Source: Methanothrix sp.
GTDB taxonomy: Archaea > Halobacteriota > Methanosarcinia > Methanotrichales > Methanotrichaceae
Direction of reading: 5' to 3'
DNA length: 64,000 nucleotides
Assembly: GCA_963682135.1 (NCBI GenBank)
Contig: OY821645.1
Coordinates: forward strand, 64,001-128,000
Shown here: positions 8,694-16,840 of the stretch, one piece after another
Layout of the letters: each line of letters opens with the position of its first letter
How positions within the stretch are numbered: position 1 is the stretch's first letter
Translations under genes and position numbers: made by a program
Notes under the pieces: model-generated
Seen by the model: only the letters and a program-made list of their open reading frames with translations
Databases searched by the model: none
What the model was told of the DNA's origin: nothing

Positions 8694-10451
8694 ATGATAG
8701 TAGTAGCTTGGGGTTTTTTGGTGATGGATAATTCTGGATCAAAAGCGGATGTGCCGGATCTAATCCCGGCCCGTATGCTCAGCGAGTTCGCCTACTGTCC
8801 ACGGCTCTGCTATATTGAGTGGATCGACGGCGAGTTCGCAGATAATGAAGAGACGGTGGATGGCAGGTTTGTGCATCGCCGGGTGGACGCAAAGGAAGAT
8901 ACTATTCCCGATGATGAGATCGAAACTGAGACCGAAACAGTTCACGCTCGATCTCTGTTTCTCACCGGCCCCAAGGTTGGAATTACCTGCCGGATAGATC
9001 TCCTGGAAGGTGATGGCGAAAGGGTGACGCCTGTAGATTACAAGAGAGGCAAAGCACCTAACATTCCCGAAGGAGCATATGAACCGGATCGCGTCCAGCT
9101 TTGCGCTCAGGGCCTGGTTCTGAGAGAGAACGGTTTCAAATGCGACAGTGGCATCGTCTACTTTGTCCGCTCCAAAAAGCGGATTTCTATAGCTTTTGAT
9201 AAAGCCCTGATTAAGAGGGCAAACGATCTTATCTCCGATCTGAGGAAAATTGCAGAAAAGCGAGAGATTCCTCCACCATTGCAGGATAGCCCCAAGTGCA
9301 ATCGCTGTTCTCTGGCGGGCATTTGCCTTCCTGACGAGGTAAACCTTCTGCGGGACTCGGATGGAAAAGAAGCTGGTGAGGGTGGGCTCCTGGGCAAGAT
9401 CAGGAGGCTTCTCCCGGCCAGAGACGACACTATGCCGGTCTACGTTGTGGGGCACGGCAATACCGTTCGCAAGAAAGGTGACCTCCTGGAGATATGTTCC
9501 CGAGATGACGTCGCAGCAGGCAAAGAAGGCAGAATAAAGGAAGTGAGGTTAAGAGAGATCTCTCAGGTGAACCTTTTTGGTGGAGTTGATGTCTCGATGC
9601 CTGCCCTTGTCGAGCTTATGCAGCGGGGCATCCCCGTCCTGCACTTCACAAGGGGTGGATGGTTTCAGGGATTGAGCGCCGGGCATACTCATAAAAATGT
9701 GCAGCTACGCATGCGACAGTTTGCCTGGGCTGAGGACCGCAAGAAATCTCTGTCCATCGCTCGCGCTATAGTCTACGGCAAGATCAAAAACTGCCGGATT
9801 CAGGTACGCAGGAACTACGCTAAAGCCAACGCCCAGTCTCCTGATAATGCACTGGACAGGCTGGAGCGTCTTTCCAAGGATGCCAGAAATGCGTCCGGCA
9901 TCGATAAGCTTCTGGGAATCGAAGGCGCGGCAGCCGAAGTTTACTTTGGCTGTCTTGGTCAAATGCTCAAAGCCGATCGTGGATTCTCCTTTGAAAACAG
10001 GAATAGGAGGCCGCCCAAAGACCCTGTTAACGCGGTTCTTTCCTATATCTATGCAGTGCTTGCCAAAGACATGTTTGTCTCCCTCCTGGCGGTAGGCTTC
10101 GATCCGTATCTCGGTTTCTACCACCAGCCCCGCTATGGCCGCCCGGCTCTGGCGCTGGACATGATGGAAGAGTTTCGGCCGGTGATTGCTGATGCCACTG
10201 CCATCACCCTATTCAACAAAGGTGAGCTATCAGATAAGGATTTTATCAAGACGGGAATCGGAGTGTCTCTGACCTCCAAGGGAAAGAAAAAGGTCATAGC
10301 AGGCTACGAGAGACGCATGGAGACGGAGATCACTCATCCCCTCTTCGGATACAGCGTCAGCTACAGGAGGGTTCAGGAAGTGCAGGCGCGGCTGTTGTCC
10401 AGAACAATTTCCGGTGAGATCAAGGAGTATCCTGCATTTTACAGGAAGTGA
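8694..10451 (+). CDS. cas4-cas1: Cas4-Cas1 fusion (type I-G/I-U-like); likely start at 8724
   Basis: Cas4 motifs: YCPR, RIDLL..PVDYKRG, QLCAQ, CNRCSLAGIC. Cas1 motifs: GIEGAAA, NRRPPKDPVNAVLS, FYH, DMMEEFRP. Confidence 0.95.
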   Translation: MIVVAWGFLVMDNSGSKADVPDLIPARMLSEFAYCPRLCYIEWIDGEFADNEETVDGRFVHRRVDAKEDTIPDDEIETETETVHARSLFLTGPKVGITCRIDLLEGDGERVTPVDYKRGKAPNIPEGAYEPDRVQLCAQGLVLRENGFKCDSGIVYFVRSKKRISIAFDKALIKRANDLISDLRKIAEKREIPPPLQDSPKCNRCSLAGICLPDEVNLLRDSDGKEAGEGGLLGKIRRLLPARDDTMPVYVVGHGNTVRKKGDLLEICSRDDVAAGKEGRIKEVRLREISQVNLFGGVDVSMPALVELMQRGIPVLHFTRGGWFQGLSAGHTHKNVQLRMRQFAWAEDRKKSLSIARAIVYGKIKNCRIQVRRNYAKANAQSPDNALDRLERLSKDARNASGIDKLLGIEGAAAEVYFGCLGQMLKADRGFSFENRNRRPPKDPVNAVLSYIYAVLAKDMFVSLLAVGFDPYLGFYHQPRYGRPALALDMMEEFRPVIADATAITLFNKGELSDKDFIKTGIGVSLTSKGKKKVIAGYERRMETEITHPLFGYSVSYRRVQEVQARLLSRTISGEIKEYPAFYRK

Positions 10452-10457
10452 TTTGAT

Positions 10458-10760
10458 TTGAGTGGAAGGAATTGTTATGTTGTAAGCTACGACATCATGG
10501 ACCAGAGACGATTACAGAAGGTCCACAAGACTATGAAGGGCTTCGGTGAGGCAATCCATTATTCGGTTTTTCGCTGTGATCTGACCGGCAAAGGCCGTGT
10601 GGAAATGGTGGCGGCGCTCACCGACCTGATCAAGCACGATCAGGACAGGATCATGATACTGGATCTTGGACCTATGGACGGCAGAGCGGATCAGAGGATT
10701 GAATTTCTCGGCATTCATGCCAAAGATCCGGACTCGCCCCGAAGGGCCGTTATCATATAA
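10458..10760 (+). CDS. cas2: CRISPR-associated endonuclease Cas2
   Basis: YVVSYDI..RRLQKVHKTMKGFG..IHYSVFRCDL, directly after cas1. Confidence 0.95.
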   Translation: MSGRNCYVVSYDIMDQRRLQKVHKTMKGFGEAIHYSVFRCDLTGKGRVEMVAALTDLIKHDQDRIMILDLGPMDGRADQRIEFLGIHAKDPDSPRRAVII

Positions 10761-10905
10761 ATTTTGGGTGCATCCAGCACGTTGAATCCAAGCCTGCCCG
10801 GCGTTAAGGGTGCCCGGGATCTACCGCGCGTTTTTTCGCGCGCGGCACCCCAGAAGATTGGATGAAATAAAACAAATAAGATCCATTGTAGTCCAATGCA
10901 GGTCA

Positions 10906-11012
10906 GACAATATCGCTGGGGAAAGTTTAGATAGTAGTAATCGCTAAAAGATCCTTCAAAATCTATTTCATGTTCCGACAATATCGCTGGGGAAAGTTTA
11001 GATAGTAGTAAT
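10906..11012. repeat. Perfect 36-bp direct repeat GACAATATCGCTGGGGAAAGTTTAGATAGTAGTAAT x2, separated by 35 bp
   Basis: Copies at 10906-10941 and 10977-11012. Confidence 0.92.
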
Positions 11013-11182
11013 GCCATCTCGCGGATGCACAAGATTTGGCGAGCATGCCCCTGCCGGGCAGGGCCGTCCGGGCCAGACGGATGGACTTAATGGGACGGAG
11101 AACGTCCCTTTTTTCCGCGCATCGAGGTGGTGTTCAGTTTCCCAGGAGATGCGCAGAAGGTCTGTGCATATCGAAAAAGACC
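11013..11182 (+). ncRNA. Candidate structured RNA element, copy 2
   Basis: Same hairpins as copy 1. ACGCATC/GATGCGT becomes GCGCATC/GATGCGC, a compensatory change. Confidence 0.5.
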
Positions 11183-11282
11183 ATTTGCAGACAGTAACTT
11201 TCTGAAAGTATTGTAATAAGTTAACAACATGCGCTGAAATTGACTTTTTTTCGATATCTGTGAAGGCCGAAAAATGGCCGCT

Positions 11283-12494
11283 GTCTCCATGACTGAAAAG
11301 TCGTGGCCGAATTGAAACCACCATATTGATAGCATGGTTGCAACTATATTTTTTTCATGTCTCCATGACTGAAAAGTCGTGGCCGAATTGAAACATTACC
11401 GGACGTTTTGTCCGTGTCTAACCCGAACATGGTTGTCTCCATGACTGAAAAGTCGTGGCCGAATTGAAACCTCAACGAATAGTTGTTCTTCTCTTCGTGC
11501 CTGTGGTCTCCATGACTGAAAAGTCGTGGCCGAATTGAAACGAGCCGGATTGGTCGAGGGGCATCCAGCTCATCAAGTCTCCATGACTGAAAAGTCGTGG
11601 CCGAATTGAAACCCTTTGATGTTTGTTTCAAGGAACAGAAGTAAGGTTGTCTCCATGACTGAAAAGTCGTGGCCGAATTGAAACGTCCGAGATTGTAAAG
11701 GAAAGACATAAATCTTGACGTCTCCATGACTGAAAAGTCGTGGCCGAATTGAAACACGTTTACCGTTACGATATCACATTCTGCATAAATGGTCTCCATG
11801 ACTGAAAAGTCGTGGCCGAATTGAAACTGGTTTGCATATGTAGTATCCCACAATGCCATAGCCTGAGTCTCCATGACTGAAAAGTCGTGGCCGAATTGAA
11901 ACCTTGTTCGAGCTGTGCAGATTACATGAATCCGCACCGTCTCCATGACTGAAAAGTCGTGGCCGAATTGAAACTTGCCAATTTTTTGGAGCTCTTCCAA
12001 AATATACCTGGTCTCCATGACTGAAAAGTCGTGGCCGAATTGAAACTCCATTGTTACTCTCACGATTGACACCTTCTATTTTTTCAGTCTCCATGACTGA
12101 AAAGTCGTGGCCGAATTGAAACTATTTCTCGGTGCAAGAACCTCAACTTTCGCCATCTGTCTCCATGACTGAAAAGTCGTGGCCGAATTGAAACCTTCTT
12201 TTCGGTTGTTTTGAATACCGAACTGAAAAATTGTGTCTCCATGACTGAAAAGTCGTGGCCGAATTGAAACGCAGAATATCAATTTTTAAGTTTTTCGCTT
12301 TCTTTGACCGTCTCCATGACTGAAAAGTCGTGGCCGAATTGAAACTTCTTTCACTTCCATAAAACTCACTCTCCGTGAACGTCTCCATGACTGAAAAGTC
12401 GTGGCCGAATTGAAACCATCCTCAATACCGAACTGCTTCATACTTTGTCTCATCCGGAGTCTCCATGACTGGAAAGTCGTGGTCGAATTGAAAT
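11283..12494 (+). CRISPR. CRISPR array 2: 17 repeats, 16 spacers, same 36-bp repeat
   Basis: Identical repeats with 35-42-bp spacers and a degenerate terminal repeat at 12459-12494. Confidence 0.98.
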
Positions 12495-12827
12495 AGCCAG
12501 ACGTTTGTGGGGGTCCAATCGCGTGAGATGAAAATAAAATATTAGATAATCTTTTCAAAATTAAAATTTAAATGCATTCAACAAAAAAACTTATCTATAA
12601 GTAAAAATATTGCTAGACGAGGAAGCAAAATTGAGCTGCGCTGAATTTGAAGGAAAATTTGACTTTAAGTTATTCTTCAAAGCAGATATAGTCCGCAAGC
12701 TTGTCTGTTCTCTGCATGCATTTACAGGAAGAAGTGCCGCATCAAACGCCATCCTTGGGCCGATAAATGCGTCAGTTGGAATTGAAACAATGATTAGTCA
12801 ATTGTCATTTCTTGGCAGCGCAAGAGG

Positions 12828-13616
12828 ATGCCGATGAGGCCCACAGTGGCTCGCTTTGCTGTGACCGGCCAGAAGCTACCGCATCTAACAGAGACCATTA
12901 TTCTGGCGGAGAGGGTCCATGCAGCTCTGGTTCGCCTCTCCGACGGCTCTACTGTTTTCTCGGGATGTGATGAGCAGGGAAAGCCATTAGATGGGCATGG
13001 CCATGCCCATATCTTTTGCGAATCCAATATTGAATCCGGAAAATCCAATGAAGGCAAGATTACTCATATTACCATTTACGCTTCAATGGGATTTAGCTCT
13101 GAAGATATGCAGGCTCTGGAGAACCTCAGAGAGATCTGGGGAAGTAAAGACCCAGCGGTTCGTCTCCTTTTGCAGGGGCTGGGCAGCAGGGAGAACTCTT
13201 GCGGCCCGGACCCTGAGCGAGGCCACTGCCCGCTCTTGGCGAAGTCGAGAACCTGGGTCTCTCGCACGCCCTTCCTGCCTACGCGCCACCCCAAGGTCAC
13301 GCGGGCGGGCGTGCCCAAGTGCAACGCGCGGGGCTTGCAGATCGGCTCCCCGGAGCACGATCTCTTGCGGCTGCTGGAGCTGGCAGGACTTCCGGCACCG
13401 GTGGTTCTGGAGCCGGTGGCCGGCACAATCTTGGGCGTACGGACGGTTCCCTGGGCGAGCTTCGCCTGCCGGAGGAGCGGAGATGAGGGAAGGCAGGCAG
13501 CGGGGGCGGCACGCGGCTTTCGCATGGAATTTGCGGAAGAGGTGCAGGGGCCGGTGGCGGTGGGGTATGCGAGCCACTTTGGGATGGGGGGATTTGGGGC
13601 GGGTAGACCCAAATAA
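12828..13616 (+). CDS. csb2: Csb2 (type I-G Cas5/Cas6) C-terminal, Cas6-like half
   Basis: FSGCDEQGKPLDGHGHAHI, SRTWVSRTPF and the C-terminal G-rich loop GPVAVGYASHFGMGGF. At 262 aa it is roughly half of a full Csb2. Confidence 0.8.
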   Translation: MPMRPTVARFAVTGQKLPHLTETIILAERVHAALVRLSDGSTVFSGCDEQGKPLDGHGHAHIFCESNIESGKSNEGKITHITIYASMGFSSEDMQALENLREIWGSKDPAVRLLLQGLGSRENSCGPDPERGHCPLLAKSRTWVSRTPFLPTRHPKVTRAGVPKCNARGLQIGSPEHDLLRLLELAGLPAPVVLEPVAGTILGVRTVPWASFACRRSGDEGRQAAGAARGFRMEFAEEVQGPVAVGYASHFGMGGFGAGRPK

Positions 13617-13734
13617 ATTAACCCTTGAGAAAATCTTATCACCAAAGGGATAGTAGTATTGGAGAGAGATCATGAGAGAAGAATCGACTATGAAGCCCAT
13701 CTAATATCTGAATACCTGGATTTGAAGTACATGT

Positions 13735-14055
13735 ATGATCTATTTGATCAAGCCTTCCTGGCAAGATCCTGAAGATGAGAACGTTATCAAATCTCCGAGA
13801 GCTGGAAATATCACTCCGAGATTGGGAAAGATACCGGCGCTATTCTTTACAGGACATCAAGAATTTTTTGGCGATATTGAAAAACGTCGCGCAATTGATT
13901 CGCCAATTCCTGTAATTACTTCAGATGGCTCATTTTCAGTAACTCAAGTACACGATCCAAATATCATGATTTATCATTGGCACCACCACGCTCGCACCAC
14001 CATAGGTGCACCAACTATGGAATCAACAGAACCATTTGACGCTATCTTTATATAG
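13735..14055 (+). CDS. Hypothetical protein or gene fragment
   Basis: 106-aa ORF in an AT-rich gap with no recognised motif. Confidence 0.3.
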   Translation: MIYLIKPSWQDPEDENVIKSPRAGNITPRLGKIPALFFTGHQEFFGDIEKRRAIDSPIPVITSDGSFSVTQVHDPNIMIYHWHHHARTTIGAPTMESTEPFDAIFI

Positions 14056-14104
14056 AAGCTCAAACAACACATAGCCGTTAAATTAGCATTTGTAGAGGTA
14101 ATTA

Positions 14105-15754
14105 ATGTCAGGACAATTCAGCGGCACACCCATATATATTCTCAGAGAAGGCAGCCAGAGGACTGCCGGAAGAGATGCACAGAGATCGAACATCATGGCA
14201 GCTAAGGCTGTTGCCGGCGCTGTGAGGACCACTCTCGGCCCCAAGGGCATGGACAAGATGCTGGTAGACACAATGGGCGACGTTGTGATCACCAACGACG
14301 GCGTAACCATTCTCAAGGAGATGGATATCGAGCATCCTGCGGCCAAGATGATGGTGGAGATTGCCAAGACCCAGGACCAGGAAGTCGGGGATGGCACGAC
14401 CACTGCCGTTGTGCTGGCTGGAGAGTTGCTTAAGCAAGCCGAGGAGCTGCTGGAGCAGGAGATCCATCCTACTGTAATTGCAGCCGGCTACAGAGCTGCG
14501 GCAGACAAATCAATGGAAATTCTCAAGGGGCTGGCCGTAGAAGTCTCGGCAAAAAATGTAGATCTTCTCAGGAAGATCGCCGTCACTGCCATGACCGGCA
14601 AGGGCTCTCAATCGGCTCGCGATGAGCTGGCTGAAATGGCGGTTAAAGCGGTCCAGTCGGTAGTGGATGAGGACGGGACAGTCGATACCGACAACATCAC
14701 CGTAGAGAAGAAGGTCGGGGGCGGAATCACCGATTCCATGATGGTGAGCGGAGTGGTCATTGACAAAGACCGGCTTCATCCCAACATGCCCAAATCCGTC
14801 ACTTCTGCCAGGATCGCTCTCCTGAATGCTGCCGTGGAGATCGAGAAGACAGAGGTTGATGCCAAGATTCAGATCACCTCTCCTGATCAGCTGCAGGCTT
14901 TTCTGGATCAAGAGGAGACTATGCTCAAGGGCATGGTCGATAGGATCGCGGCCACCGGCGCCAATGTACTCTTCGTTCAGAAGGGTATCGATGACCTGGC
15001 CCAGCACTTCCTGGCCAAGGCCGGCATTTACACAGTGCGCCGCATCAAGAAGAGCGACATGGATAAGCTGGCCCGCGCAACTGGCGGAAGAGTCGTCACC
15101 AGCATTCATGAGATCTCCAAGGACGACCTGGGCAAAGCCGGCCTGGTCGAGGAGAGAAAGGTCTCCGATGAGAAGATGACCTTCGTGGAAGACTGCGAGA
15201 ATCCCAAGTCCGTATCCATCATTCTGCGAGGCGGAACTGAGCATGTGGTCGATGAGCTGGACAGGGCCATGGAGGATGCTCTACGCGTTGTGGGCGTAGC
15301 AGTGCAGGACAAGATGCTGGTTGCCGGCGGCGGAGCACCTGAGGTAGAGCTGGCTCTCCGGCTTCGAGCCTATGCTTCCACCGTTGGTGGGCGCGAGCAG
15401 CTGGCCATTGAGGCCTTTGCCAATGCCATGGAGGTTATACCCAAGACCCTGGCCGAGAACGCAGGATTGGATCAGATCGATTCCCTGGTCTCGCTGAGAA
15501 GCCAGCACGAGAAGGGCATAAAGACTTCCGGCCTGGACATGGACACCGGCAAGCCGGTGGATATGCTCGAGCTGGGAGTTGTCGAGCCTCTGCGGGTCAA
15601 GACCCAGGCCATCAACTCAGCAGCCGAGGCAGCCATCATGATTCTGAGAATCGATGATGTCATCGCCTCCAAGTCCGGCGGACCGGGCGGCATGCCCGGA
15701 GGCGCAGGCGGCATGGGTGGAATGGGCGGTATGGGCGGCGAGGACTTCGAGTAG
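14105..15754 (+). CDS. thsA: Thermosome (group II chaperonin) subunit
   Basis: [17 protein letters not shown] and a GGM-repeat tail. Confidence 0.96.
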   Translation: MSGQFSGTPIYILREGSQRTAGRDAQRSNIMAAKAVAGAVRTTLGPKGMDKMLVDTMGDVVITNDGVTILKEMDIEHPAAKMMVEIAKTQDQEVGDGTTTAVVLAGELLKQAEELLEQEIHPTVIAAGYRAAADKSMEILKGLAVEVSAKNVDLLRKIAVTAMTGKGSQSARDELAEMAVKAVQSVVDEDGTVDTDNITVEKKVGGGITDSMMVSGVVIDKDRLHPNMPKSVTSARIALLNAAVEIEKTEVDAKIQITSPDQLQAFLDQEETMLKGMVDRIAATGANVLFVQKGIDDLAQHFLAKAGIYTVRRIKKSDMDKLARATGGRVVTSIHEISKDDLGKAGLVEERKVSDEKMTFVEDCENPKSVSIILRGGTEHVVDELDRAMEDALRVVGVAVQDKMLVAGGGAPEVELALRLRAYASTVGGREQLAIEAFANAMEVIPKTLAENAGLDQIDSLVSLRSQHEKGIKTSGLDMDTGKPVDMLELGVVEPLRVKTQAINSAAEAAIMILRIDDVIASKSGGPGGMPGGAGGMGGMGGMGGEDFE

Positions 15755-15766
15755 AGTCCTAGCACC

Positions 15767-15786
15767 CTTTTTCACATCTTTTTTCT
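15767..15786 (+). terminator. Oligo-T archaeal terminator after the thermosome gene
   Basis: TTTTTT-CACATC-TTTTTT directly after the stop codon. Confidence 0.5.
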
Positions 15787-15983
15787 AGAAGCAAATTAAT
15801 GCAGCCGGATTTTTGCCGGTCATCGAGCCCCGGCCCGAGGCCCTCTTGCCAACCTGAGCACGCAAAGCTCATATGCAAGGGTGCGGACAGGCGAGACGGT
15901 CCCGCCTTTCGTTAGCAGCGCATGGGAATGGGATGCGAGCCGAAGGCAAAGCATAATTACTCTTGAAGATATTCTCTTAATCC

Positions 15984-16259
15984 ATGAATTCGGTCGCAGA
16001 TACGAATCTATCCAAAGAGCTGGTTAGCGCCAAGTCAAGAGTTTATCGCTTCTCGGTAGTGATTGAGAAAGACAAAGAAGGCTATTTCGCCTTCGCTCCA
16101 GAACTGCAAGGATGTTATACTCAGGGCGATACCTATGAGGAAGCCTTAGAGAATATCAGAGAAGCCATACACCTTCATGTAGAAGATCGACTGGATAACG
16201 GAGAAGAAGTCCCTCAGCCGGAATCAGTCAGCCTGACATCTCTGGAAGTCGCTGTATGA
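15984..16259 (+). CDS. hicB: HicB family antitoxin (no intact hicA)
   Basis: VVIEKDKEGYFAFAPELQGCYTQGDTYEEALENIREAI. Confidence 0.88.
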   Translation: MNSVADTNLSKELVSAKSRVYRFSVVIEKDKEGYFAFAPELQGCYTQGDTYEEALENIREAIHLHVEDRLDNGEEVPQPESVSLTSLEVAV

Positions 16260-16329
16260 ACTTGGTTCCTATCTCAAAACATAGGTTGATAAGCGAAGAT
16301 TAGTATTCTCGCATAGGAAGGTTTTGCTC

Positions 16330-16827
16330 ATGTCCAACACAGAGAAGTTTCTAAAAGAGGCATTTGCCGGCGAGTCGCAGGCCAATCGCAAGTACAGCGC
16401 TTTTGCAGCCAAGGCGGATAAGGAAGGATTTGCCCAGGCAGCCAGGCTCTTTCGGGCGGCTGCGGCAGCAGAAGAGGTTCATGCCGTAAATCATCTGCGA
16501 GTCCTGAAAGGCATCAAATCCACCAAAGAGAATATGCAAGCTGCCATATCCGGAGAGGACGAAGAATGGGAAGCGATGTATCCGGAAATGATTGCCGCGG
16601 CCCAGGCGGAAGGCAATAAGGCGGCAGAAACATCCTTCCACTATGCCAATGAGGTGGAGAAGATTCATTCCCGGCTTTACAGGAAGCTACTGAGCGATCT
16701 GAGCCCGAGCCAGGAGACCTACCCCTACTACGTCTGCCCCTATTGCGGCAATACGGTGGAGCGAGAAGCGCCCGGCGTCTGTCCCGTCTGTGGAGCTGAG
16801 GGCAAGCTCTTCATGAGAGTGGACTGA
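16330..16827 (+). CDS. rbr: Rubrerythrin
   Basis: AFAGESQANRKY, EEVHA, EKIH and a C-terminal CPYCG...CPVCG rubredoxin-like domain. Confidence 0.93.
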   Translation: MSNTEKFLKEAFAGESQANRKYSAFAAKADKEGFAQAARLFRAAAAAEEVHAVNHLRVLKGIKSTKENMQAAISGEDEEWEAMYPEMIAAAQAEGNKAAETSFHYANEVEKIHSRLYRKLLSDLSPSQETYPYYVCPYCGNTVEREAPGVCPVCGAEGKLFMRVD

Positions 16828-16840
16828 TTTTTATTTTGAG

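Larger units (their letters stand above)
10786..11282 (+). promoter_or_regulatory. Extended leader of CRISPR array 2
   Basis: Homologous to 5386-5774, with an extra ~107 bp in the promoter region. Confidence 0.8.

Noticed and set aside
6867-10451. RT-Cas1 or CAPP primase-polymerase adaptation module
   Set aside because: No YADD-type RT motif or AEP motifs; the polymerase motifs are clearly family A.
1236-10760. Casposon (PolB plus Cas1)
   Set aside because: The PolB is a cellular PolB2, not protein-primed. Cas1 is fused to Cas4 and sits with cas2 and arrays. No terminal inverted repeats were seen, and an NrpR-domain gene intervenes.
10906-11012. TIGR-like or second bona fide CRISPR array
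   Set aside because: Only two copies, no palindrome or box C/D-like motifs and no cognate gene. Kept only as a duplication finding.
12195-12458. Shared 12-mer AATACCGAACTG in two spacers of array 2
   Set aside because: The flanks differ completely, so it is too short to call duplication or priming.
5811-12458. Self-targeting spacers
   Set aside because: No match to the window was noticed by eye. This was not an exhaustive check and needs BLAST.
5985-12558. Minus-strand ORFs containing FQFGHDFSVMET, VSIRPRLFSHGD or FNSATTFQSWR
   Set aside because: These are translations of the CRISPR repeat, not genes.
12610-12837. 75-aa ORF as the missing Csb2 N-terminus
   Set aside because: No recognisable Cas5-like motif, and it lies in AT-rich sequence with a weak TTG start.
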